The position numbers and the translations under genes are program-made. A stretch of 63,487 nucleotides of DNA, the filler included, from Octopus bimaculoides (Eukaryota): assembly GCF_001194135.2 (NCBI RefSeq). It is 6 parts of 6 records of this genome, joined end to end, with 100 filler letters (N's around TTAATTAATTAA, not from the genome) between each part and the next. Parts side by side here need not be neighbours in the genome. Positions count along the whole stretch, not along the records: positions 12,465 to 28,182 come from NC_068984.1; 5 more parts are not named here. One strand, given 5' to 3'. The notes under the pieces were generated by a model. It made no database searches. It was given only the letters and a program-made list of their open reading frames with translations, and had not been told where the DNA came from. Below are positions 12,365 to 25,397 of the stretch, in pieces. Numbering within the stretch: position 1 is the stretch's first letter; every line of letters begins with the position of its first letter.

Positions 12365-12464
12365 NNNNNNNNNNNNNNNNNNNNNNNNNNNNNNNNNNNN
12401 NNNNNNNNTTAATTAATTAANNNNNNNNNNNNNNNNNNNNNNNNNNNNNNNNNNNNNNNNNNNN
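12365..12464. other. Artificial scaffold linker N44-TTAATTAATTAA-N44
   Basis: Exactly 100 bp with stops in all six frames. Identical linkers at 28183-28282, 45416-45515, 56861-56960 and 61346-61445. Confidence 0.95.
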
Positions 12465-12521
<57 letters not shown>

Positions 12522-12529
12522 GAGTGTGT

Positions 12530-12700
12530 GGGGGGCGTCTTTGTGTCTGTTTGTCCTATCACCACCACTTTTTTGTGTTTACGTTCCGCAACCTAGCAGT
12601 TCGGCAAAAGACTCCGATAGCATAAGTAACAGGCTTTAAAAAAATAATAAATACTGGGGTGTTTTCACAGCACTAAAATTTCTTGCAGACGGTGCCACAA
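12530..12700 (+). mobile_element. 3' half of SINE family 2 (degenerate)
   Basis: tttacgttccgcaacctagcagttcggcaaaagactccgatagcataagtaacaggctt. Confidence 0.7.
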
Positions 12701-13302
12701 TGTAATGACTGTAGCTAACATTGTAATGAAAGACCTGAGACAGATCCACAAAACCAGTCGTCATCCGTGAGCGAGTATGGTTTGGTAACATGTACCTTAC
12801 TTCGCCTAATTGTTTCAGATGCTTATGTAATCTCGAGCTGATCTTGGCACCCTGTTGACTTGTCTACACTTACACCCCATGAGATATCTAGGATATGACA
12901 GCCAGAGGGAGAAAGACAGAGAGTGTGAAATATATATGTGTGTGTGTGTCTAGGCATATCGAATGTTCACATATATATGTATGTGTGTATGTTTACATTC
13001 GTTGTATTTTTGAAACTACCAAGAAACAGCGGCGGCAGCAGCAACAGCTAGCTGTCAATGACGACTCTGCGTCTATTTCGATTTCCACTTAACAGATCTG
13101 ACAAATCTCTCAACACATTTTCTCTTATATATGTTCCTTATTTATAATGACGACAATTCTTTTGTTTTAACACTTCATTCGGTAAATAACAATTTTATCT
13201 TTTATCTTTTACTCTCAACTCTGGTTAAAATCTCTCCACTGTTTCTGCCTGTATTTACGTCTTCCGTATCAATAGCGTAAGTTCCCAAACTGGAGTAAAT
13301 GC

Positions 13303-13375
13303 TCTTTTTTCTCACCCCATGTGACCGGTGTTCGGCCAAGCCTGACCTTTCGGTCACATGGGGTGAGAAAAAAGA
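13303..13375. repeat. Perfect 25-bp inverted repeat with a 23-nt loop
   Basis: tcttttttctcaccccatgtgaccg (13303-13327) / cggtcacatggggtgagaaaaaaga (13351-13375). Confidence 0.95.
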
Positions 13376-13679
13376 TAAGTAGAGGCAGAGGGATAAAAGA
13401 ATTAAGGAGGGGCGAGAAAAAAAATTAAAGGGACAGAGTGAAGTGTAAGAGGAGGGAAGGTGAGCATGAAGAGAAGGCCAGGAAATGTGAGAGATGGGGA
13501 ACGAAAGAACGAAGAGTGGAATGAACGAAGTAAGTGTGAAGGGACTGATAGAAGGAAGGAAAGAATGAAAGAACAGAAAGAATAATAGAGTCGTACAAAA
13601 TTTATATATANNNNNNNNNNNNNNNNNNNNNNNNNNNNNNNNNNNNNNNATATATATATATATATATATATATATACTT

Positions 13680-13916
13680 ACATATAAGAGACCAAAGTGT
13701 ACGTACGCCGCTATATCTTTATATATAAAAAGTACACACAATGGAGCAAGAACGCAAAACATCCAGACAGTTAGTTGATACAAAAAAGGGACAACAAAAC
13801 ATCCAAACAGACGATACAAAGGAAAGAAGGACGGGTCTCCAAATGACCCGTCCTTGTTTTCTTTGTATTGTCTGTCTGGATGTTTTGTTGTCCTTTTTTT
13901 TTGTATCACCTAACTG
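13680..13916. mobile_element. Fold-back copy of a PLE-like repeat family (about 70-bp arms, 7-nt loop)
   Basis: Arms 13767-13837 / 13845-13916. The same family occurs at 39090-39245 and 41521-41675, the latter being the reverse complement of 13680-13850. Confidence 0.7.
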
Positions 13917-13944
13917 GTGATTTTATAGATGTATATATATTTAT

Positions 13945-14235
13945 GACGGTTCCAGAACCTGGCGCATGCGTTCCTCGCTGTGTCCCTGGGAAGATCTTCG
14001 ATCACCGCTTTGATCTTGGTCACCAGCTCGACCTTGGTGTAGCAAGTAGAGTGGTTGGTGTCTTTCTCAACTGTGCAACTCATGGGATTACTATCAGGGA
14101 AATTAGGGAGCCTTAAATTGGGGCTGGTGAAGTCATAGAAATTATCGAGCAGTCACTTCTGACTCTTTTCGTGGGTGTAACAAGGAACCGGATCCTGCTA
14201 CCACGCTTGGTCTTCCAGCAGCAACCCTCTCCAAC
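13945..14235 (-). mobile_element. Tc1/mariner-superfamily transposase C-terminal remnant
   Basis: W*QDPVPCYTHEKSQK*LLDNFYDFTSPNLRLPNFPDSNPM...VEKDTNHSTCYTKVELVTKIKAVIEDLPRDTARNACARF matches the QQD.A..H...WPP.SPD.NP.D catalytic region. Confidence 0.85.
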
Positions 14236-14759
14236 GTGCGATTGATCAGCAGTCAAGATGTCAGCATTTTCATACTCGGCGCGAATCATCATTGACACAG
14301 GTAACTCTTTTCCAATATTCAAATAATTTCCAGTCTTGCATGTTAATTTTTTCTCAACTAGACCCTTAATCTCCAAGCTCTCCAACGCAGCTGTCTTCCC
14401 CCCCCCCACCACCACCACCTCAATACATCAAATTTATCCCGATTACCCCTGTATGCGTGTGAGTGTGTGTGTGTGTGCGTGATTGTGTGATTGTGTGTGT
14501 GTGATTGTGTGTATGTGTGCGTGCGTGTGTATTTTCATGAAAGAGATGCTAAGTTTGCGAAATGGTATATCCTCCATATTTTTCAGTCATCCCCTGCCCG
14601 ATCCGTTTTTCATATTTTCATAGAATAGTGTCCCACTATGTAAACATTTTTAATGGAAATTACGACACAAGTTGAGGGTCTGTTTAGCAAAAGTATACGG
14701 GACTTTGGCGCAGACTCTTCATCCGTCATATTTCTGCTCACTGATAACACAATTTCCTA

Positions 14760-14830
<71 letters not shown>
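14760..14830. repeat. (ATT)n microsatellite
   Basis: Direct reading. Confidence 0.95.
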
Positions 14831-14831
<1 letters not shown>

Positions 14832-16565
14832 TGACAACAATTTGAAGGGAAATGTTTTAAAATATAAGTATTCTACCTGGTTCAAATATTTCATATCTCA
14901 GAAAGACTATTGTGACCCTTCTAAACACTTAGCCCCTCCTATAGTGCATTCTTGATGTTTACCTCTCATTTATCTGAGATGACAATACCCGCAAGGGGGC
15001 GCTCCGTCCAACTTAAAAACTATCGTTCTAAACGATTTCCTAATTGAAGGCTTTTTAATCACAGCTCAGGAATATATTTTTCTAAATGTAGTATTGAGTT
15101 GTAGGTGTGATAATCAAGAAGAATTATTGAGATTAACATACCATTTAAATTCCATCTACCTTGAAATAAAATTCAGCTTCCCTCTCACACTTTTCTTCCT
15201 TTTCCTGTCGCCATCTTTGTCTTGCATTCTTTTCCTGACATTTTGCCATTGGTCGCTCACACTTTTCAATTTCTCTTTCTCTTTCTATCTTCTCTTACCA
15301 CTTCCCCCCCTCTCCCTCTCTCTCTCTCTCTCTCTCTCNNNNNNNNNNNNNNNNNNNNNNNNNNNNNNNNNNNNNNNNNNNNNNNNNNNNNNNNNNNNNN
15401 NNNNNNNNNNNNNNNNNNNNNNNNNNNNNNNNNNNNNNNNNNNNNNNNNNNNNNNNNNNNNNNNNNNNNNNNNNNNNNNNNNNNNNNNNNNNNNNNNNNN
15501 NNNNNNNNNNNNNNNNNNNNNNNNNCCCCCCCCCCATAATCTCGTTCTCTGTCTCCCAATACGTCGCCCGAGGACACTCTAACTGGCTCCCAACCAGAAG
15601 GTTTCCGATAGCCATTTGGGAACATTTCCAAAGGGAGGAACATTCTTCACAACTGAAACCTAATTATTGATCTGTCGACCTAATTCCCAAACCTCACATT
15701 CCTAATGGCTGTGATTGGTGAAACACAAGACGCTACACCACCACAGTCCTTGTTTCACACACTACTATACACTTAAGTCATTTTCTGGACATTTTCAAAT
15801 CACAGTTTTGGGTCACAAACAAAGATGTTGAGTGGGAAGTATTTTGGCAATGAACTCAAAGTAAACAAGACACTGGAAACATGATTCGACACATGACTGA
15901 ATGGACCACAACCAATAGAATCTTGGCTTTTTGTTTATCGGCATGCGTCAGTCTATGTATGAATAACACTGTGTGAGTATGTACAAGTAGATGCGAGTTT
16001 GCGTTTCAGTAAGTATATGAGCAAGAGTATATATTAATGAGTATATGTGTGGCTGAATCAATAAATGTGTGATTTTTAAATAAGCATGTGTGTGTGTGTG
16101 TGTGTGGTGTGTACATTGTGTATATGTATCTATAAGCTCGGATGAATACGTGCGACGTATTAGTAGATAGAGTTTCAGATAGAATACATCGCAATGTTTG
16201 TTGTGACATTCGATAAACTAAATTCAAATCCCAGCGAGATCAACTGCGCTTTTCATTCTGTCAGGTCTGATGATAAGAAAAAGAAGTACCTGTAAGAACA
16301 TCGGGCCGTGTGCTTAGCCGTATTGGCTCCAGTTCTTTGCATTCTGAATTGAAATCACGTAGCAGCCTACGTGGATGGTAGACTTCACCTGTTCCTTAGT
16401 ATAACATCACCGCCTAGCAGCTTTAGCTTCTTTTTTAGAGGAATCCGCTTGGTTGCAGACTTTCGTAAACTGTTTCCGGCTTGAGGACACCTTCCCCGCC
16501 CTACCTCAAAAATCTCAAAAGCCCTGTTAAGGGTCAAAAGTACTGTCTCCCTACCAACTTCAATA

Positions 16566-17001
16566 CTGGTTTCAAACTTTGTTACAAGGCCAGCGAGTTC
16601 AAGGGAGGGGTAATTAGATTACACCGACTCCAGGAGTCAACTGGTTCTTATTCTATCGAACCCGAAAGGATCAAAGGCAAAGTCGGCCTCGGTGGAATCT
16701 GAGCTCAGAACGCAAAGACGAACAAAATGCCGCTAAGCATTTTCCCCGATGTGATAACGCTTGTGCCAGTTGTCACCTTACTCACTTGAGTAAAATATTC
16801 TTTTCCACACGAAATTTTTAGGGGGCGGTGACCAGTCGATTAGATCGTCTCCAGTATGCAACTGGTACTTAATTTATCGATCCCAGAAGGATGAAAGGCA
16901 AAGTCGACCTCGGCGGAATTTGAACTCAGAACGTAACGGTAGACTAAATACCTCTAAGCATTTCGCCCGGCACGCTAACGTTTCTGCCAGCTCACCGCCT
17001 T
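16566..17001 (-). mobile_element. Two tandem CORE-type SINE copies (16566-16780; 16800-17001)
   Basis: gatgaaaggcaaagtcgacctcggcggaatttgaactcagaacg...ctgccagctcaccgcctt. Confidence 0.9.
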
Positions 17002-18382
17002 CCCTCAGTAAAATATAAAACAATATGTGAGGCTATCAATCCATGGCATGGGTTGAAATGAATATTAAAAGAAGTATCAGACAAGAGATATTTTGGTATG
17101 ACATATTCATTCAGGGATGTGTTGGTGAGGACACATTCAGTAATGGTGTGTCGCAAAGGAATATTGTAGTAATTCAGGAATAAGTCAAATTGAAAGTACG
17201 GTAATTGTTTCGGGAATTACTCTACTTAAAAGTACGATAATTCTATCAATGATTCCTCCACTCAGGAATAATGTATTCATTAAATGCGGTTCCAATTTGA
17301 GAATCGTTTTTTTCAGTGATAACTCCACTTATGGGTATTCGATTCATTTACTGACGACTCTACACAACAATATTCTTCCTGCCAATATAAGGAATCACAT
17401 AAACACAACCAGTTCTAGATATCTGATAGGCATCCTTTCTGTCTTCTCTATATTTAGTTTCTTCCTGCAGAGCTATCGTTCCTATACGGCTGTTTAGAAA
17501 GCGTCAATAGTGAAGTCAACGAGTGAGAACCGAATACCTAGAAACAGCAGTTAAATCTCCATCAAATCACACGCAACTCTATCCTCTCAATTATAGAAGG
17601 GCGCGTTATACATACGTCTGGTAAAAGAAAACGGGATAGCCACGGTTAGAACGCCTATATTTCTATATCTTCTGTATTAGTGCTAACCTGGAGCACTCAT
17701 ACAGTAGATATAGAAATATCAAGCAACAACGACAAAGACAACAACAACAAAAACAGCTTCAACAGTTCGAATTAATCTTAACCTATTTCTCTGGGTCGTA
17801 TCAAACTTGACAATGGAGGACTAAAGATTGTGCCACGTTCCAGAAGATGTGATGTTATAAAAAAAAAAAGGTGTCAACAGAAAGATGAAGAGAGAGAGTG
17901 GGGGGGGGCGAAGACAGAAGGAATGAGAGAGACGGATGAAAGACAAAACATATCGAACGAAGATAGAGTTAAATGAAATGAGTCAGGAAAAAGACGAAAT
18001 CACATAAAACAACACGGCTTTTGCCGATTTGAACACCTTTTTTTTGTATCTGAAGTGTAGAGGAACGGCCATAAAAACAGTAAAACGACAAGAAAACCCT
18101 CATAAATACTCACTTTTATGTTTGCCTTCTAGTAAATGAACAACAACAACAACTTCATTAGTTCTCTCTTTCATGTTATTCTTCTTTACGTTTGACAAAA
18201 TATAAACGAAATCATGATATATAACATGCGCCGTTTCTCCATTTGTTTCTTGTTCCAATGTTTGCCACAGAATTATATGACTCAATGAGCCTTCTTGTTT
18301 TGAGACAGTAGCATGAAATTTGAAGAAGATTTAGCTGCTGTTTCTAGAACAACTATATAGAAGCTTCCTTATTGCCTTGTAG

Positions 18383-18423
<41 letters not shown>

Positions 18424-20839
18424 CACATATATATAGTAATCAGTTTAAGTGATGCAAGTGAACATTTCATTCATATTTCCACAAATTAATAGAAAACTTT
18501 CATTCACCGTAGGCAGGTGAACAAAACCTCAACAGGCAATGGGTTTCACCCGTACAGCTTTAGAAACATAAGCTACATCATCACAGAACTAGCGTTACAC
18601 TCAAAGCAAAGCAGGCGATCACCTAAGGCGCTAAAATCAGGTTCATTGCATGAATTCTGCTGAATAACTTCGGCAAAATTTCTCAATCCAACTAGAATCA
18701 CGAAAACTTAGTCACAAAGAGACCAGGATGAGGTCGCTCTCAGAACAGAAGCCTGTAGAAAGTGGGTATGAGATGGAGCAGAGGAGACGAGGTTGTGTGG
18801 AGTTATGATATGTCACATTATTTGGCAAGAACATTTCAAATTTTTTCTAGATAACAGATTTATTCGGTGATGCGCATAATTAGAAAAATATAGATTTCTT
18901 GTTAGCAAGAATTTTTCGAATGCGTTTTTAGCTGTATAAAGATGATGACTGGAGTATGCTGCAAAACAAAAAGTGGAGATGGAGAAAGGGTACACAGTGT
19001 AGGGTTGGCCTAGGACGCTGACTCAGACAATTCTACGTTAGTAGACATCCAATCCAGAGATCGCAAATAGTCAGCATGGCGAAACGTACGTAGAGAACAA
19101 ATAACACAAACTTGTATTTATAATTTTTTCTACACACACACGCACACACATACATAAATGCATACATGTATGATGGGAGAGTGAGGGGGATAGAGAGGGG
19201 GAGAGACAAAGAACGAAAAGGAGAAAGAGTGAGAGTACATAAACCGTAAAACGGGATAGGTTTCCAATCAAAATTACTAGTTTAACATTCAGACAAGAAG
19301 AGTAAATTTTGAAATTTCGGACATTTTCTTCCTTCGGAATATATATTTATGTTGACGTGTGTGCGTGGTGGTGGTGGTATTATGGACATAAAACAGATAA
19401 TAAATGAGCATAGACATATATACGTACAGGTATGTGCATACCTACATCTACCTGTATATATATAGGTGCATATCTGGGTACAGGACGTTGCAAACAAAAC
19501 GGAGACAAAAAAAAATAATAATAACCAGAGTACAGAAAACACACAGGCCACATAGAGAACATTTTCCTTCATCAGCTGCCACCATTCTAACACAGGCGTT
19601 TCGAAGAGTTAGGGCAGGACGCATCGTTAAAATGGCTCTTCCCACGGACCACAAATTAAATTTGTATCCATAAATTAAATTTGTACCATGGAGGAATGTA
19701 GTGCGGTCGATTTGCTCGACTAAAGGTTGTGCTCCAGCACGGCCGCAGTCAAATGACTAAAACAAATAAAAGAATAAAATATACCTATACACACGCGCGC
19801 ACACATTTATATATAAGCATACACATTCATATATATACAATTGTAACTGAAGCGCCATATTGTTTTTATTAACTGTTATATATTAGTGTATTAGTTGTAG
19901 AATATATCCTACTTTACGTTGAATCGCATACATACATGCATACATATTTGTGTCGATATCCATTAATATATGCATTTTCTGCCCCATCATACGCAACTCC
20001 GCATAAGACGCACCCCTAATTTACAAAGGGCAAAACAAGCTTTGATAAGTTTCTTTAGACATTTAGTTAATATTATTCGGACGCAATTGTAAGAGAAGAA
20101 CCTAATTTTATGCATGTAAATAGAATATATATTGGAATCAAGTGCGAAATCACATATAATAACATTATAGTAACGATGAAAAGAAAATAAATTAAATTTA
20201 GTAGAGATGTAAAGAAATAGCTTACATCGGTATCAGTGAATAATGATACATGCAGACAAAACTAATTTATCGCTAAAAACTGCCACAAAGCAAGCAGCAA
20301 AATACAATGACTGTGAATGAATTCCTACAGCTAATAGGAAATATTTGCTGACAAAGCAAATAATCTCTGTATAAAAACAACGGATATAAACATTGGTTGG
20401 TTGGTTGGTTGAGAGCTTCAGTCACGCTTTACGTCGTAGAGAGAGGGTTAATGTAAGAAGTGCAGCAGGATGAGTGTACCTACTAGGGCAGGCAGGCAAT
20501 GAGTAATAGAATGATGCAGAGAGAAAGAGGGAGGAGACAGAGAGGGAGAGAGAAAGAAAGAAAGAAACAAAGAGTGGAGGTGGACATGAGGGAGTAAATG
20601 ACAGTAGCTATGGGAGGAGTAATATGAGAAATTTGTTTTATTTAATTTTCTTTTAAAGTAATAAATATTTCTTTTGAAAATTAGTATTTATTTCATCATT
20701 TTGTACAAGCACCAAGAGATTTGATAAAACTTAAATTTTATTTATGGCATCTAAGCCTTTGATTCCTGATACTGCCCGTGTTGACAAAAAATATACTTCC
20801 AAAATTTCTCTCCGACACATGACGAGTAATGCTTATTTC

Positions 20840-21602
20840 AAATTTTGGAAGGCAGGGAGGGAGTAAATCGATTACATCGACCCCAGTGCTCAATTGGTAC
20901 TTATTTTATCAACCCGGAAGGGATGAAAGGCATAGTCGACTTCGGTGGAATTCGAACCCAAAACGGACGAAATACAGATAAGCGTAAAGACAGTCCTTAT
21001 TTCTTTATTGCCCACAAGGAGCTAAACATAGAGGGGACAAACAAGAACAGACAAAGGGATTAAGTCGATTACATCGACCCCGGTGCGTAACTGGTACTTG
21101 TTTAATCAACCTCGAAAGGATGAAAGACAAAGTCAACCTCGGCGGAATTTGAACTCAGAACGTAACGGCAGACGAAATACCGCNNNNNNNNNNNNNNNNN
21201 NNNNNNNNNNNNNNNNNNNNNNNNNNNNNNNNNNNNNNNNNNGCCAGCTCGCCGCCCGACAAGCATACAAACAGTTCTGCCAAGTTGCTGCTTTACTCTA
21301 GTTTGTTAATATTAGCGACAAAGAAAAGATGAAATATATTCTAATAGAAAAAGGGGTTTCAGTGAACGATACATATTTATTCCTTTATTGCCCACAAGGG
21401 GCTAAACATAGAGGGAACAAACAAGGACAGACAGAGAGATTAAGTCGATTACATCGACCCCGGTGCGTAACTGGTACTTGTTTAATCAACCTCGAAAGGA
21501 TGAAAGACAAAGTCAACCTCGGCGGAATTTGAACTCAGAACGTAACGGCAGGCGAAATACCACTAAGCATTTCGCCCGACGTGCTAACAATTCTGCCAGC
21601 TC
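20840..21602 (-). mobile_element. Three tandem CORE-type SINE copies (20840-20985; 20998-21257; 21375-21602)
   Basis: Same head and CORE motifs as above; the last two share a longer 3' tail variant. Confidence 0.9.
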
Positions 21603-22137
21603 AAACAGTAAATATTGCCATAATAAGCAACGATGTAAAACATGGAGGTTTACTTAATCGTCATTCGCAAAACCTTTGAAATCTCCATCTTCAGAATCAG
21701 ATAAACCAGCATCTCACAAACACTGGAAGTGAGTCCTACTCCAGGCATCCATACCGTTGTCTTCATCGCTGGGTTTCTCAGCAACTAATAGGATGTAGCT
21801 CATAAATGATTCCTTGGAACATATACATCTCTCCCAGCATCCACAGGGCTATAATTAATGCCACATAATTTTTTTAACACAACCATCTTCCTGACAGTGT
21901 TATATCACAGATTGTTCTTTTTTTTTATTTTCCTTAACCACGAACTCACCAGTATAATAGAACACGCCTTCTCATTCTTCCTGTTGGTGACTTCAAGGTT
22001 TTTTGGGTTTTTTTCGAACCTGAAAAGTTGAAAGGCAAAGTTGACCTGGGTGGACTCATGGACCCGGAACAAATATAATGAGGCATCATATCCGACTTTC
22101 TAACGACCCTAACATTTCATTGCTTCATAAATGTATA

Positions 22138-22335
22138 CGAGGGTGTGTTGAAAAGTTCCTTGCTTTGGGTAAAAGAAAATACAAGGATATCAGTTACTTA
22201 TGATTTTATTCAACATATTCCCCTCTCAGATTCACACAGCGGTCCTTCAGTTTTGTGAAGCCCTGTAAAAGAACTCGGAAGCCAGCCAGGCTTTCGTGAC
22301 ACCCTTAAAGCTAGCAACTTTTCAGCACCCACTCG
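22138..22335. mobile_element. mariner-derived MITE, 198 bp, TA target duplication
   Basis: TA|cgagggtgtgttgaaaagtt ... aacttttcagcacccactcg|TA. Confidence 0.85.
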
Positions 22336-22589
22336 TATATCGACTCGTTAAACGAGTATGACAATGTTTGAGTAAATAAAGTGTATCGCAGCATTACATG
22401 TGAGAACGATAATGGCTTATGAATCCAGCCAGTGACTTACAGACATACAGATAGCTAAACAAATTGTTAGACAGTTAGCTAGAAGGTTAGATAGATAATA
22501 GACAGCAAGATAGATACTTAGAAATAGACAGAGGAACAGACAGATAAACGGATAGCTATGCTAGCTAGCTAGAAAGACATACAAATAAA

Positions 22590-22681
<92 letters not shown>

Positions 22682-22733
22682 GGATAGCTGAATAGACAGA
22701 CAAATAGTCAAACAGATAGACTTACAGGGAGAA

Positions 22734-22853
22734 GTGTCGAAGAGCTTACGCTCGAAATGTAAAAGACTTTTTCATTTTCCGAGCGTCAAACTAATATACT
22801 TGCTTGTTGTTTATACGTCTGTCTTCGTCTTTTGTTTTTCTATAAATTTCAAC

Positions 22854-22855
<2 letters not shown>
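22734..22855 (+). mobile_element. 5'-truncated PLE pLTR fragment, same family as 4700-4800, with a partial hammerhead motif
   Basis: gtgtcga-a-gagc(ttac)gctc-gaaa-tgta-aaagac...ccgagcgtcaaactaata is similar to 4702-4800. Confidence 0.65.
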
Positions 22856-22907
<52 letters not shown>

Positions 22908-22917
22908 NNNNNNNNNN

Positions 22918-23218
22918 GTAAGTAACTTGCTTACCAACCACGTGGTTCCGGATTCAGTCCCACTGCGTGGCACCTTGGGCAGGTGTCTTCTACTATTGCC
23001 TCGGCCCGATCAAAACTTTGTGAGTGGATCTGGTAGACGGAAACTGAAAGAAGCCCGTCGTATATATATATATGTGTGTGTCGTGTGTGTGTGTGTGTAT
23101 GCTTGTGTGTCTGTGTTTATCCCTCCACCATCGCTTGACAACCGATGCTGGTGCTTTTACGTTCCCGTAATCTGGCGGTTCGGCAACAGAATGCGATAGA
23201 ATAAGTACTAGGCTTACA
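22918..23218 (+). mobile_element. tRNA-headed SINE family 2
   Basis: ggttccggattcagtcccactgcgtggcaccttgggcaggtgtcttctact...gatagaataagtactaggctt. Confidence 0.9.
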
Positions 23219-23782
23219 TATAGATAGATAGATATGACGGGATAGAAAAGCAATTTATTGACTTCCTCACCATGATGTCACTAGTCTGAACACACAATGT
23301 GGCACATTTGCAAAAGTAATTTACCGTAACCTGCTGCCTGGTCATGTCATAGCGAATGTCAATGAATAGAGTGAAGGAACGGAAGTCGGAATCGCTTGTG
23401 CTACGAACAGAAAGGGCCAGGCGTGTCGCAGAGTTTCACGCTGGTTCTGCGATTACCTTTAGGCTGACCATTCCATGCAACGGCTTGCCACTTAGACGAT
23501 AATTTAAAAGACCAGATCGTTTAGTTGATGATAACATACGTTCGAGATTCAATAATTATACATGTGTGTGCATAAACATGTATACACACACACACATACA
23601 CGTATAGTCATAGTTTAATATAGACATGCGTGTGTGTGTGTATGTGTGTGTGTGAGTGTGTACAGAAACACACAGGCACATATGGACAGAGATAGATAAA
23701 TAGACAGATAGAGAGAGGGAGAGAAATATGAGAGATAACAAGAGAAAAAGGGAGGAATAGCGGAGAGGGAGAGAGAGAGAGA

Positions 23783-23890
23783 AGAAAGAGGAGAGAGAGA
23801 GGAAAGAGGAGAGAGAGAGGAAAGAGGAGAGAGAGAGGAAAGAGGAGAGAGAGAGGAAAGAGGAGAGAGAGAGGAAAGAGGAGAGAGAGA
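23783..23890. repeat. 18-bp tandem repeat (GAAAGAGGAGAGAGAGAG), about 6 copies
   Basis: Direct reading; it produces the spurious LSSFLS and LLFPLS ORFs. Confidence 0.9.
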
Positions 23891-25304
23891 GAGAGAGAGA
23901 GAGGGAGGGGTGAGTGTAGGAGTCTAGGAGTGAGCGACAATGTCTACATCGACGGTCTGTAGAAGATGTTGTTGTTAATACTATTGTTGTTGATATTATT
24001 GATGTTGATGATGTTGACGTTTTTGTTGACGCCATTGTTTACGTTTCACTTGTTCATGCTGCTGCTGTTGGCGTGGCTGCTGTCATCGATGTCGCTGCTG
24101 CTGCTGCTGCTTCTGCTGTTGTTGTTGTTGTTGTTATCGCCGTTGATTACGAGGTGGACGATGGTGTCGACGTCGGTGAGGAGAGATTATGACGACGATG
24201 GTGTTGATGCTGTTGCTGCTGTTGTGGTCGCACTTGGCTTCTCTTATTTCCAAGCGCTGAACATTCTTCTCAAGTCATCCAATTAGGAAATCGAAAGGGG
24301 ACAGTGGCATGGGCTATAGTACGGGATATGGTCTCGTGTGGTGCTGGCGGTTGGCAGTGGCTGTTGTGGCTGCAGTGCAGTGGTCGTGCTAATAATAGTT
24401 GCGATGTTATGATAGGCAGTCCTGGTGTTATCGATACTGATGGAGGGAGAATAGCTGGAGTGGAGGCTCTATGCGTGCACAGAAGTATATAGGCGCGTGT
24501 GTATGTGTGTATGTATGTATGTGTGTATGTATGTGTGTGTATGTGTGTGTGTGTATGTGTGTGTATGTATGTGTGTATGTATGTATGTGTGTATGTATGT
24601 GTGTGTATGTATGTGTGTGTATGTATGAGTATGTACGTGTGTGTATGTATGTATGTGTGTATGTGTGTGTATGTATGTGTGTGTATGTATGTGTGTATGN
24701 NNNNNNNNNNNNNNNNNNNNNNNNNNNNNNNNNNNNNNNNNNNNNNNNNNNNNNNNNNNNNNNNNNNNNNNNNNNNNNNNNNNNNNNNNNNNNNNNNNNN
24801 NNNNNNNNNNNNNNNNNNNNNNNNNNNNNNNNNNNNNNNNNNNNNNNNNNNNNNNNNNNNNNNNNNNNNNNNNNNNNNNNNNNNNNNNNNNNNNNNNNNN
24901 NNNNNNNNNNNNNNNNNNNNNNNNNNNNNNNNNNNNNNNNNNNNNNNNNNNNNNNNNNNNNNNNNNNNNNNNNNNNNNNNNNNNNNNNNNNNNNNNNNNN
25001 NNNNNNNNNNNNNNNNNNNNNNNNNNNNNNNNNNNNNNNNNNNNNNNNNNNNNNNNNNNNNNNNNNNNNNNNNNNNNNNNNNNNNNNNNNNNNNNNNNNN
25101 NNNNNNNNNNNNNNNNNNNNNNNNNNNNNNNNNNNNNNNNNNNNNNNNNNNNNNNNNNNNNNNNNNNNNNNNNNNNNNNNNNNNNNNNNNNNNNNNNNNN
25201 NNNNNNNNNNNNNNNNNNNNNNNNNNNNNNNNNNNTGTGTGTGTATATATACACACACACATGTATATTTAAGTATATATGTCTATATATGTATATAGAG
25301 ACAA

Positions 25305-25397
<93 letters not shown>

